A stretch of DNA of 64,000 bases from contig OY760907.1 of assembly GCA_963664195.1 (NCBI GenBank), positions 864,001 to 928,000 of the forward strand, in the 5' to 3' direction. Below the pieces are notes generated by a model, which worked only from the letters and a program-made list of their open reading frames with translations, was not told the origin of the DNA and did not search any database. Source of the stretch: an uncultured candidate division Zixibacteria bacterium. Its GTDB lineage: Bacteria > Zixibacteria > MSB-5A5 > GN15 > FEB-12. Positions 21,092 to 30,483 of the stretch are shown one piece after another. The translations under genes were made by a program, and so were the position numbers. The first letter of the stretch is position 1; each line of letters begins with the position of its first letter.

Positions 21092-21490
21092 CTAGCGCTC
21101 CTGTTTCCGTGATTCTTCGATTAGTTTGGTCATCCGCTCGATTTCCTCGTCGGTCAGTTTCGAGCCGGACATATCCATCAACGCCGCCACGACGTTTTCG
21201 GTGGAGTTATCGAAAAACGTCTGCATGACGTGCTTGAGCGCCGAGGCCTTGGCCTTCTCGCGGGCGAGCGTCGGTGAGTAGACGTACCTCGGTCCCTGCT
21301 CACGGTGCTTGAGGTGACCTTTATCTTCGAGAACACGAAGCAGCGCGCGCACGGATGAGTAGCTTGGCGGGTCCGGCAGGGCCTCAAGGACTTCGGCGGC
21401 GGTGGCCTCTCCCCTCTTATAGATGATATCCATAATCTGGCGTTCGCGTCTGGAGAGGGTAACTGCGGTCTGTTGCTTTTCTTTCTTCAT
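21092..21490 (-). CDS. BlaI/MecI/CopY family repressor
   Basis: LSRRERQIM, YSSVRALLRVLEDKG, TFFDNS. Confidence 0.92.
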   Translation of the reverse strand: MKKEKQQTAVTLSRRERQIMDIIYKRGEATAAEVLEALPDPPSYSSVRALLRVLEDKGHLKHREQGPRYVYSPTLAREKAKASALKHVMQTFFDNSTENVVAALMDMSGSKLTDEEIERMTKLIEESRKQER

Positions 21491-21529
21491 CTCAGGCATC
21501 TCCTGGCCGTGATCCGTTTCCGCGCCTAA

Positions 21530-21607
21530 TGCTACTTTCTTAGCACTGTGCAGTAAAAATAGCATTTCGGCCGGAATTGTCAAGACCTTTATGCTAATTA
21601 TTTAGCA
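21530..21607 (-). promoter_or_regulatory. promoter plus three TGCTA-N6-TAGCA operator boxes for the BlaI-like repressor
   Basis: Boxes at 21530, 21549 (degenerate) and 21592; TTGACA at 21578-21583 and extended -10 TGCTATTTT. Confidence 0.7.
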
Positions 21608-21674
21608 TACTGTTGAAATGGGGAGAAAGTTCCAGTTTTTTTGAGGGGGGGCTTTCTGCGCAGGACAACTCCTC

Positions 21675-21786
21675 GTAGGGAAGGTCTGTCTTCAGACCTG
21701 CCGGAAGGGTCGAGCCTGAAAGGTTCGGCAGTCTTCGTAGGTCGCGGTTCCGAGGCGCGCATATCATGCGCGGTGAGAAACCCGAC
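21675..21786. repeat. REP cluster (family A, GTAG-headed)
   Basis: 55-nt unit with 3 mismatches to 22597-22651, followed by another GTAG hairpin. Confidence 0.85.
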
Positions 21787-21935
21787 AATTCACCGAGCTG
21801 ACAAACACACCCCTAGATCCCCTCTCATGAGCAGGCTCACCTGGATGGGACTTACGCTCGGTAGTCGCCTCGCGTTCAGCATCTCCCACCCGACGCTTCG
21901 CCACAAGTGGCTTCGCTCTGGGCGGGGTACCAAAG

Positions 21936-22475
21936 TCAGGGCGTCCACTCTACTTGTGTCTCAGTCATCTCGCGAGTGACCCTCTCCCTCGCCAGCTCAC
22001 GACCGGTTCTACGCAGAAGCATGACGGCATCGAACGTAATCCTTAAAGACTGTGAAAAACGAGGTAGTTGGGCATACCCAAAGTCATGTACGACTCTGTT
22101 GGGGCGAGATTCGTCCCTCGCACTTCGATTGACGAGTTCGAGTCGAACAGAGTCCGCCATCTGTTCAGTCTGATACCAGACTTCGCGGACAATCACGAGT
22201 GAATCAGATCGAACTCGCTCAGACCCCATCTTGCTGTCGGTGAGATCGATAGTCAGCCGTATTGGCACGTTCGTTTGATTGCCCTCGGTCGAGCGACGTG
22301 ATCCCACTTCGCAAAGAGATACCCACTTATCGAACACGAATACCCAGGATGCCTCCCCAGGCACTCGATATGTATCGAACACAATGGAACTGGAGCAACC
22401 ACAGATAGCTGCAGTCAGCGCGAGGGCCACAATTGCGAGTACATCTAACGTCTGCCGATGCTGCGGGTTCTTCAC
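21936..22475 (-). CDS. hypothetical lipoprotein
   Basis: Hydrophobic N-terminus with ICGC lipobox; GGAGG RBS. Confidence 0.55.
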   Translation of the reverse strand: MKNPQHRQTLDVLAIVALALTAAICGCSSSIVFDTYRVPGEASWVFVFDKWVSLCEVGSRRSTEGNQTNVPIRLTIDLTDSKMGSERVRSDSLVIVREVWYQTEQMADSVRLELVNRSARDESRPNRVVHDFGYAQLPRFSQSLRITFDAVMLLRRTGRELARERVTREMTETQVEWTP

Positions 22476-22596
22476 CTATCCCTCCGGGCTGTGTTCGTGT
22501 GGGCGTCGAATATCGCCTTCAAGATGCATGATCGGAGAAGAGTTGTCAATGGCTCAACCGAAATCCGAGGGCCAATCAAGTCAGGCTGAGTACTTC

Positions 22597-22729
22597 GTAG
22601 GGCAGGTCTGTCTTCAGACCTGCCGGAAGGGTCGAGCCTGAAAGGCTCGACGTTGGGCTGGCAGGTTTGAAGACAAACCTTCCCTACAGGACCTGAATAA
22701 GGTCCACACTTCGACAAGCTCAGTGTGAC
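22597..22729. repeat. REPIN-like element (two inverted family A REPs) plus cttcgacaagctcag hairpin
   Basis: gtagggcaggtctgtcttcagacctgcc ... ggcaggtttgaagacaaaccttccctac. Confidence 0.85.
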
Positions 22730-22771
22730 ATATTTATAGTGCCGTCTGTGAAGACAGCCGTCCGCAAGGAC

Positions 22772-23761
22772 CTAGAACCTATATCCCGCACTCACACGGA
22801 AGGTCTCCTCAAGGTCGTCGTGGTGGAGGTATGCGATATCGACCGTGATGTTTCTGATGTCCACTCCCCCGCCTGCGGTGAACCGTCCGATGTCAAACCC
22901 GGCGCGGCCGAACAACATCTCTTTGTATCCGATCTCCCAGCCCCAGTGCGTGTCGAGCGATAGCTCCCCCTGCCAGAACTGAGCCGCAGACTTGATGCCC
23001 TCGAATCGGATGTCCGCACTCGCCAGCGCACGGCCGGTGAAATCGGCGTAAGTGTACTTGAACTGCACACCCGGTTTGACCGCGGGATAAATCGACTCGG
23101 AGTTGGCCTCGCGTTCGACCACATTACCCTCGGCGTCGAGCAACTCCGTGTTGCCGGAGTAGCGGATGAAACCTGTCGTTATATCCGTGACCATCAATCC
23201 GACATTGAAATACTCGTTTACGTCGTAGAGCGCGCCAGCGTCGAGGGTCAGACCAAAGCCGGATTCGGTGCCAACATCTCGATAGATGATCTTGCCGGTC
23301 ACGCCGAAGTCAATCTTCGAGGCAATCCGTCCGGAAACTGAGCCCGAGAACAGCCAGTCGCCGTGCGATTCCTCGCGCACCACTATCGGTCGATTGAACT
23401 GATTGAGCTGCGTGATTTTGATACCGCCACCACCAAGATAGTAAACGTAGAATCCAAACGCCTGGACGGTCGAACTGTCGGAGGCACGGCTGTCAACGTA
23501 CGAGATGAAGTCGTGATTGAGCAGCGAGCCAAACGTTTCGGCGTGCATGGCAGTCACCGACCGTCCGCTCAGGAGGTTCATACCGGCGGGGTTCCAGTAC
23601 GGCGCCGTACCGTCAAACGGTCCGGCGACTACCGCTCCGCCAAGCGCCAGGCCGCGTCCGCCTACGCCCAACGAGAACGACTCACCGGAGTACTTGGCAG
23701 CACCGGCAGAAGCCGACAGCACGACGAGGGCAACGAATATGATAGCAGCTTGTCTGAGCAT
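22772..23761 (-). CDS. PorV/PorQ-family outer membrane beta-barrel
   Basis: KYSGESFSLGVGGRGLALGG, YWNPAG, C-terminal GYRF. Confidence 0.8.
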   Translation of the reverse strand: MLRQAAIIFVALVVLSASAGAAKYSGESFSLGVGGRGLALGGAVVAGPFDGTAPYWNPAGMNLLSGRSVTAMHAETFGSLLNHDFISYVDSRASDSSTVQAFGFYVYYLGGGGIKITQLNQFNRPIVVREESHGDWLFSGSVSGRIASKIDFGVTGKIIYRDVGTESGFGLTLDAGALYDVNEYFNVGLMVTDITTGFIRYSGNTELLDAEGNVVEREANSESIYPAVKPGVQFKYTYADFTGRALASADIRFEGIKSAAQFWQGELSLDTHWGWEIGYKEMLFGRAGFDIGRFTAGGGVDIRNITVDIAYLHHDDLEETFRVSAGYRF

Positions 23762-23890
23762 ACCAGTTATACACAAACCGTCCTTCACGGTCACAAAGCA
23801 ATCAAACTGATTGGAAACCGCAAGATAACAATCGCAGGCAGTCGCAAAACAAAAATCTCTCTCGTATGCGCAGCGCAGTAGACAAACGAT

Positions 23891-23943
23891 GGCGGGTTCG
23901 AAGACGGTGTACGATGGCAGGTTTGAAGACAAACCTTCACTGC
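23891..23943. repeat. REP-like cluster (family A)
   Basis: ggcaggtttgaagacaaaccttcactgc. Confidence 0.75.
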
Positions 23944-23967
23944 GCGAGAGTCAACAGCCCACTGCCA

Positions 23968-23998
23968 TAAAAAAAGGCGGGATATACTCCCGCCTCTT
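23968..23998 (-). terminator. terminator after the HMA gene
   Basis: aggcggga-tatac-tcccgcct with A-run on plus strand. Confidence 0.75.
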
Positions 23999-24023
23999 CA
24001 CACTCTAAACCGATACTATTCTA

Positions 24024-24605
24024 TTAGTTGGTACCCTTAGTCTTCTTGGCAGAGACGCCGCAGGCAGCTTTGGCACCGCAAGTCTTGGAACAGGAGGCGC
24101 TCTTGGTCGCGGAACAGCCAGCCGCCGGCACCTTGTCAGAAACAGTCTGCATCGTGGCAACAGCCGGGATAATCTCGGCCTTGTAGCCTTCACTGGTAAC
24201 GGCCGTCACGAGGGCGTCGCTCTTGGCCAAATCAGACTCGATCACTACTACGGCAGTACCTTCCTTGTGGCTCACCTTACCAACCTTGACCACGCCCGGA
24301 ACCTTGGCCAGCTTGGCGGAAACAGAATTCTCACAGCCGGTGCAGGTCATACCCTGGATAGACATGTTGATCATCTGGTACTTGTCGGACCTGCAATACT
24401 TCTCGCAGTCTTCGGCGCTGAGACCGAGTTTCGCGGAACAGGCAGCCTTGTCTTCGGCAGAGCAGGTTTTCGTGGCGTTAACGGCAGCAGCGTCAGCCTT
24501 CTTAACGTGGCTACCGGCGGCACACTGGGCGTAGGTAGCGGTCGGGGCAACTATGAACGCAAACAGCAAAAATGCAGCAACAGTAAGGGTCATGATCTTC
24601 TTCAT
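24024..24605 (-). CDS. exported heavy-metal-associated (MerP/CopZ-like) protein with Cys-rich flanks
   Basis: Signal peptide, GMTCTGC HMA motif. Confidence 0.85.
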   Translation of the reverse strand: MKKIMTLTVAAFLLFAFIVAPTATYAQCAAGSHVKKADAAAVNATKTCSAEDKAACSAKLGLSAEDCEKYCRSDKYQMINMSIQGMTCTGCENSVSAKLAKVPGVVKVGKVSHKEGTAVVVIESDLAKSDALVTAVTSEGYKAEIIPAVATMQTVSDKVPAAGCSATKSASCSKTCGAKAACGVSAKKTKGTN

Positions 24606-24806
24606 CGAAATACTCCTTCGTAATAATATCGTATTACTCTTGATTTGTCGTCAATATAGCGATTAGTCTCCGCGAGTCAACCCATCATGACTCTCGGCTC
24701 AGGTGTTAACCTCTCTTGCAGATTTAAACGCTCAATCTTCCGTTGAGTTTCAATATTTATTGGATCATTTTAGTCTATTTTACTTGCCCAATTGTCAACT
24801 CACCAT

Positions 24807-24826
24807 ATATTCGCCTATACGGATAT
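24807..24826. promoter_or_regulatory. putative ArsR operator
   Basis: ATATTCG-N6-CGGATAT inverted repeat just upstream of arsR. Confidence 0.55.
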
Positions 24827-24832
24827 GAGGAT

Positions 24833-25165
24833 ATGATGAAAAGCATTGAATATCAGTTCTTTAAGGGTCTCGCAGACCCGACCCGGTTCAGAATGGTCAC
24901 CCTGTTACATCAGGGAGAGATGTGCGTGTGTGAGATCATGAACCTGCTGTCTCTGCCACAGTCCAGCGTCTCGCGCCACATGGGCAACCTAAAGGCTGCG
25001 GGGCTGGTAACAGACCGCAGAGACGGGCGGTGGGTGTTCTACCGTCTGGCCGAAGCTCGCCCGCTCATTGATCTGGCCGACTATTTCAACTCGTTGTACG
25101 ATCGGGAACCTTTTAAGGGCGACGCGGCGCGAGCGACAGAATCCAAAGCGGAGAGATCATGCTAG
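24833..25165 (+). CDS. arsR: ArsR family metalloregulator
   Basis: FKGLADPTR, EMCVCE, QSSVSRH. Confidence 0.9.
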   Translation: MMKSIEYQFFKGLADPTRFRMVTLLHQGEMCVCEIMNLLSLPQSSVSRHMGNLKAAGLVTDRRDGRWVFYRLAEARPLIDLADYFNSLYDREPFKGDAARATESKAERSC

Positions 25166-26295
25166 AAAAACACAGATCTACAGTCTCACAGGTCGTATCT
25201 GCAAGGCCGGAAAGTGCCCTGCTTTGTACTCGTGGTTTGTCGGTTTTCGAAAGATACCTGAGTGTATACGTCGCGCTTGCAATAGGCACCGGAACGCTGG
25301 TATCGGTGACGGTTCCCCGAGCGACCCAAGTGCTTGATAGCTGGTCCTACGCGCATGTTTCGGTGCCGGTTGCGATTTGCCTCTTCTTCATGATGTTCCC
25401 CATAATGGTGAAGATCGATTTCTCACGGGTCACGGAGGCGGCCCGCACTCCGAAGCCGGTGGTGCTGACGCTGGTTATCAACTGGCTCATCAAACCGTTT
25501 ACCATGTATCTCATCGCTTACCTGTTCTTGGGCGTGCTGTTCAAAGATATGATAAACGGCACTGAAGTGCTCCACGGCGAGACGGTGCCACTATATCGTT
25601 CCTATATCTCCGGAGCAATACTGCTTGGCATCGCACCCTGTACGGCCATGGTTCTGGTATGGGGTTATCTTGCCCGAGGCAACGATGCCCTGACGCTGGT
25701 AATGGTGGCGGTCAACTCCTTGCTCATGCTCTTTCTGTATGCGCCGCTGGGGCAGTTCCTCCTGTCGGTCAATGAGATGCCTATTCCCTGGGAGACGATT
25801 CTGCTGTCGACCCTCGTGTATGTCGGCCTACCGCTGGTGTCGGGGTTCTTCGTCAGAAAATCTGTCATCCAACGGAAGGGGCAAGATTTCTTCAATCGCT
25901 TTTTCCTGCCAAAACTCACCCCCGTGGCAATCGTCGCGCTGCTCGCGACGCTGGTGGTTCTGTTTGTTCTCAAGGGCGACGTACTTGTCAGCCAACCGTT
26001 TGATATTCTGCTGATCGCCATACCCTTGCTCGTGCAGACCGTGCTTATATTCGCCCTCGCCTACGTTGTGGCCCGTGTGGTTCATCTGAAATATGAAGAC
26101 GCTGCTCCGGCAGCCATGATCGGTGCCTCGAACCATTTCGAGGTTGCGATCGCAACAGCGGTAGTGCTGTTTGGGCTTAACTCCGGGGCGGCGGTCGCGA
26201 CGGTAGTGGGAGTTCTGATCGAAGTACCGGTGATGCTTATGCTCGTGAGGTTCTGCACGCGCACGAAGCATTGGTTTGCCGGCAAAGAAATCTAA
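25159..26295 (+). CDS. acr3: arsenite efflux transporter Acr3
   Basis: NWLIKPF, APCTAMV, ASNHFEVAIA, GVLIEVP. Confidence 0.95.
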   Translation: MLEKHRSTVSQVVSARPESALLCTRGLSVFERYLSVYVALAIGTGTLVSVTVPRATQVLDSWSYAHVSVPVAICLFFMMFPIMVKIDFSRVTEAARTPKPVVLTLVINWLIKPFTMYLIAYLFLGVLFKDMINGTEVLHGETVPLYRSYISGAILLGIAPCTAMVLVWGYLARGNDALTLVMVAVNSLLMLFLYAPLGQFLLSVNEMPIPWETILLSTLVYVGLPLVSGFFVRKSVIQRKGQDFFNRFFLPKLTPVAIVALLATLVVLFVLKGDVLVSQPFDILLIAIPLLVQTVLIFALAYVVARVVHLKYEDAAPAAMIGASNHFEVAIATAVVLFGLNSGAAVATVVGVLIEVPVMLMLVRFCTRTKHWFAGKEI

Positions 26296-26313
26296 TAGCG
26301 TCAGGGACTGAAC

Positions 26314-26739
26314 ATGATCGATAACGACACAAAAATACTTGTCCTCTGTACCGGCAACTCCTGCCGATCACAGATCGCCGAAGGCTGCCTCAGGCACTTT
26401 TTGATCAAAGCAGGTCTGGCCAAAGCTGCTGGCGCCGTCAGATCCGGGGGACTGACTCCTCACGGCTTGAATCCAAAGGCCGTGGAGGTCATGGCCGAAA
26501 TCGGCATTGATATCTCGGGCAATACGTCCGACAAACTGACCGATTTTCTGGATACCGAATTCACCTACATTATAACGGTCTGCGATAACGCCGCGAAACA
26601 CTGCCCGGTCTTCCCCGGCAAAGGCACCCGGCTTCACTGGCCGTTTGAAGATCCTGCGGGGCTGAGAGTCAACAAGTTCCGTGAGGTACGCGATCAGATT
26701 CGCGAAAAGGTGAAAGACTGGGTAGGTTTGAATACATGA
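26314..26739 (+). CDS. arsC: thioredoxin-type arsenate reductase
   Basis: CTGNSCRSQ, TVCD, CPVFPG, HWPFEDP. Confidence 0.92.
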   Translation: MIDNDTKILVLCTGNSCRSQIAEGCLRHFLIKAGLAKAAGAVRSGGLTPHGLNPKAVEVMAEIGIDISGNTSDKLTDFLDTEFTYIITVCDNAAKHCPVFPGKGTRLHWPFEDPAGLRVNKFREVRDQIREKVKDWVGLNT

Positions 26740-26937
26740 TTGGAGCCAAGTTGTGTACAAAGTTTGTGAAAAAAATATCTAATGCCGCAACCAATGCGGT
26801 TCTTTTACCCGCCGAAAACCCCAATATTGGCGCAAGAATTAGCAGAAAAGCAGAATCTGACGCACTTCCTGCGACAGAGGAATCATATAGAAGTTGTGAA
26901 TGTTGCGTTTGGGCGGTTCCGGCACATTGGCACAAAG

Positions 26938-26969
26938 GAAAAAGGCAGGTTCCGAAAAACCTGCCTTTC
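26938..26969. terminator. strong hairpin, possibly a bidirectional terminator
   Basis: aaaggcaggtt-ccgaaa-aacctgccttt. Confidence 0.6.
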
Positions 26970-27655
26970 TGAGGATATACTGTTCCCACTAATAAACGCC
27001 CGTGGTGTCAAATGAAGTGTCGAGTCAAAGGGCGTTACCTTTTTACAGGCGATGTCGGTCCAGTTGTCGCTCAATGCCTGAAACAGACGTGGTAAGTGCA
27101 AAGGTGTCAGTCAATGTCTGTCCAGGCGGTTGCCTGTTCGCATGTCGAGGGTGTTATCCTCACTTGCTCCTGTCCTTCTCTAGACGAAAAAGAAGCACAG
27201 TTGTTCGACTTTTTTTCAAGAAATATCAGGTAAAAGCTACAGAGTTCCTTTTTGTCTTCGTCGCCAGCTCAAAACATAGTGCGTAGCGACATCTTTTCGT
27301 TTCGTCGGGGCTGATTGCAGCATCAATACTGTTCGTTTCCGAACATCTCCGCCAATCCTTCATTATCCGACGGAAGGATATATAGCATATAGCAGGCCGA
27401 TACCGGCGCAATTGTTGCGATCAACGCAAAAGTGGACATACACGGTACCCTTATGAAATCGAAAAACGGTTCCCCCGGTGGCCTTCGCGCCGGACAGGAC
27501 TTCCCATTTCCCTGCCCGGCTTCGTTGATTCTCTTAGTAGTCCCACTATGTTAGATGAAGAACCTCAGCGAATGATTCTCCAAAAGGTGAAGACGCTTTC
27601 AGCCGCAACCCGATTTGGCTTGCCGGACAGTACCTGACAATACCTCAGTTGAGAT

Positions 27656-27684
27656 TTGACACTGACCTGCGCATTAGCTATACA
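27656..27684 (+). promoter_or_regulatory. sigma70 promoter of sodB
   Basis: TTGACA-17-TATACA. Confidence 0.6.
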
Positions 27685-27746
27685 TTTATCATATAAAGGC
27701 ACAAACAGTCCACTTACCCCCTCGGGGTTTCAAGGAGGAAGAAGCA

Positions 27747-28322
27747 ATGTCACATACTCTACCCAACCTACCGTACGCCAAGGATGCGCTAAAACCGTAT
27801 ATCTCCGAGGAAACCCTCGAGTACCATTACGGAAAACACCACCAGGCCTACGTGACCAATCTCAACAAGCTGATCGAGGGCACCGAGTTCGCCGATGCCT
27901 CGCTCGAGGAAATCATCAAGAAGGCCAGCGGCGGCATATTCAACAACGGCGCCCAGGTCTTCAACCACACCTTCTACTGGAATTGCCTCAAACCTGGTGG
28001 TGGTGGCGAGCCGACCGGCGTCGTGGCTGACGCGATCAATAAGACCTTCGGATCGTTTGATAAGTTCAAGGAAGAGTTCACCAAGGCGGGTGCCACCTTG
28101 TTCGGGTCCGGTTGGGTCTGGCTGGTGGAATCCGGTGGCAAACTTGAAATCATCCAGGGCAGTAACGCGGCGAATCCGATTCGCGACGGCAAGAAAGTGT
28201 TGTTGACCTGCGATGTGTGGGAACACGCCTATTACGTGGACTATCGCAACGCCCGCCCGAAATATCTCGAGGCATTCTGGAATCTCGTGAACTGGGATTT
28301 CGTGGCCAAGAATCTGGGGTAG
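27747..28322 (+). CDS. sodB: Fe superoxide dismutase
   Basis: [23 protein letters not shown]. Confidence 0.95.
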   Translation: MSHTLPNLPYAKDALKPYISEETLEYHYGKHHQAYVTNLNKLIEGTEFADASLEEIIKKASGGIFNNGAQVFNHTFYWNCLKPGGGGEPTGVVADAINKTFGSFDKFKEEFTKAGATLFGSGWVWLVESGGKLEIIQGSNAANPIRDGKKVLLTCDVWEHAYYVDYRNARPKYLEAFWNLVNWDFVAKNLG

Positions 28323-28338
28323 ATTGCCCTCACCAAGT

Positions 28339-28380
28339 GCTGTCGGGTGTCAGCGACACCGTGTGTCCCCACCCGACAGC
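28339..28380. repeat. REP-like palindrome family B
   Basis: 11-bp inverted repeat gctgtcgggtg/cacccgacagc; inverted copy at 49642-49680. Confidence 0.75.
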
Positions 28381-28699
28381 GATTCTACGTCTAGTCAAGC
28401 AAAACTCGGCTATCGGGTGCCACCCTCAAAGCTTCTTTGAGAGTGTGTTGACTGATTGCACTTTCTACTCCCTGTGGGCGGCAGATGATAATCTGCCCCG
28501 GCTTCACGAGGTCCCACAAACGCGGTGTTTCAAGGGGCACACTATCGCGTGCCGCCCACCGGAATGCTCTGATCTCACCCGGTACGCTTGAGGGAGGCAC
28601 CCAGGAAATCGATTGGATTGGCGGACCGAGTATCTCAGATCGTATCTTTGGAGCGGTCAGGTGAAGTCGGCTTACCGCACCATCGAACGATAGCGAGTA

Positions 28700-28900
28700 C
28701 TACTCGTCGAACAATGTAGGCTGATATGTAGCCCAAGATTTGGGCTTGATCTTGTAGTGGAAACGATACTTGCACTCGCCGTCGTTGCACGTGTGCGGGC
28801 GGCGACGCGTCAGGTAGTCAAACGGTTTCCCGCATACTTCGCAGGTACCCGTTTTCCAAGCATAGGTCTTGAGTCCGTGGGCGTCTTGTTCGTTCAGCAT
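28700..28900 (-). CDS. small Zn-finger-like protein (66 aa)
   Basis: CEVC..CNDGEC; last gene of the surA cluster; ends QPTLFDE. Confidence 0.65.
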   Translation of the reverse strand: MLNEQDAHGLKTYAWKTGTCEVCGKPFDYLTRRRPHTCNDGECKYRFHYKIKPKSWATYQPTLFDE

Positions 28901-28925
28901 CAACGCTTTCACCGTGGGAAATCGG

Positions 28926-29177
28926 TCAGGAGACCGGGAGTTCTTTGAAGTATCTTTCGCGGTCAGCCTTCGGGACGGAACCGACCGGGACATCCAGAAC
29001 TTCAACTGCCAGCGGGCGGCTTCCCTTGATACGGATGATATCACCGAGTTTGACGTCGTAAGCCGCTTTCACCACCCGGCCGTTGACTTCGATAAGCTTG
29101 TTGGTTCCCAACTCTTTGGCGATTGTCCGTCGCTTCACCACACCGACAGTAGAGAGGTAATCGTCGATTCGCATCAC
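28926..29177 (-). CDS. S4 RNA-binding protein (Hsp15/RqcP-like)
   Basis: MRIDDYL..VKRRTIAKE..VNG..K. Confidence 0.88.
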   Translation of the reverse strand: MMRIDDYLSTVGVVKRRTIAKELGTNKLIEVNGRVVKAAYDVKLGDIIRIKGSRPLAVEVLDVPVGSVPKADRERYFKELPVS

Positions 29178-30481
29178 TCCAGCTCCAGGCGATAGTCAAG
29201 GAAAGTGCGGGATTTTATTTCCTTAATCCAGTCATCGACCATCTTGCCGGTCTTGTCCTGTCGCGCCATTTCCTTGATACGATCGTAATCTTCTCCGATG
29301 TCGAGCTTTTTCGCCGGCTGATACTCAAGCAACTTCAGGATGTGAACACCAAACTTGGAGACAATTGGTCCACGCACTTCGCCGACTGTGGTCCAGCCGA
29401 CTACAGAAGGAGCGAAATCTTCCGGCAAGTCAGTGAGGGCAAACCAGCCGAGTTCACCACCCTGAATACGAGAATCATCATCGGTTGAGAACGTCTTGGC
29501 GAGTTCGGCAAAATCGGCGCCGCCATGAATCTCACTAATCAGGGAGTCGGCCAGGGCAAGTGTGGCTGCCGTATCCGCGGCTGTTGGGATGACACCAAGG
29601 AGGACATGACGAAGTCTCAGTCGGTCGCCGCGTTTCCCTTCGCACTTGATGACGTGGTATCCAAACGGCGTCCGTATGACCCCGGAAATATCTCCTTCGG
29701 CCAGGTTGAACGCCGGGCGGGCGAATTCGGGATCGACATCTTCGCGGCCGATATATCCCAGATCACCACCGTTAGCCCCGGCACCAAAACTAGAATACTG
29801 AGCGGCCAGGGTCGCGAAATCGGCACCGTCGAGTATCCGCTGCCGAATATCGCCGGCCAACGCCTTCACGGAATCCTCAACTGCCTGGTTCGGACGGGTG
29901 GTCAAGAGGATATGGGCCAGTTTGGCCCCCTCCGGCTGGCTGGGGATGGAGTCTCTGAAGTTCTCGTAGAACTGTTCAACCTCGTATTTCGAGATCGAAA
30001 CGCTGGAGAGCTTTTTCTGGATGAAACGCTGTCTGAGCAGGTTGTTTTCCGTATCCTCGTAGTACTGACGTTCGAGACTACGAAGGGTCATGCCCTCAAG
30101 CTCGAGCGCCTGAAGAAACTCATCCTCGGAATCGAAGTTGCTTCTGACACGAGCGATATGTTCCTGGAGGGCACGTTCGATCTCATCCCGCCGGATAGTG
30201 ATCGAGGTGTCTTTTTTTGCCTCCATCAGGAACAGCCGGTCAGAAATCATCTGCTCTAGAATCTGCTCCTGGAAGACCCTGATTTCTTCATCAGTCTTGG
30301 GGCGTTTCCCCATTTGGAAGGCGGCGAGCTGGATCTGATTGGCCAGTTCCGAGGTCAGAATTACTTCGTTGCCGACCACCACGGCAATCTTGTCAACCGT
30401 CTCCGGCCCGGCCATCGCCACGCTGGACAGGCATACAACGGCCATGAGAGCCAATGCGCCAAAAATCGGAAATCTATTCAT
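29174..30481 (-). CDS. surA: SurA-like periplasmic chaperone/PPIase
   Basis: DKIAVVVGNEVI, two parvulin domains (HIL, GGDLG, FGYHVI). Confidence 0.85.
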   Translation of the reverse strand: MNRFPIFGALALMAVVCLSSVAMAGPETVDKIAVVVGNEVILTSELANQIQLAAFQMGKRPKTDEEIRVFQEQILEQMISDRLFLMEAKKDTSITIRRDEIERALQEHIARVRSNFDSEDEFLQALELEGMTLRSLERQYYEDTENNLLRQRFIQKKLSSVSISKYEVEQFYENFRDSIPSQPEGAKLAHILLTTRPNQAVEDSVKALAGDIRQRILDGADFATLAAQYSSFGAGANGGDLGYIGREDVDPEFARPAFNLAEGDISGVIRTPFGYHVIKCEGKRGDRLRLRHVLLGVIPTAADTAATLALADSLISEIHGGADFAELAKTFSTDDDSRIQGGELGWFALTDLPEDFAPSVVGWTTVGEVRGPIVSKFGVHILKLLEYQPAKKLDIGEDYDRIKEMARQDKTGKMVDDWIKEIKSRTFLDYRLELE

Positions 30482-30483
30482 TT

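Noticed and set aside
21675..23943. CRISPR array
   Set aside because: Repeats are dispersed or inverted with irregular spacing and no cas genes are present; REP-like instead
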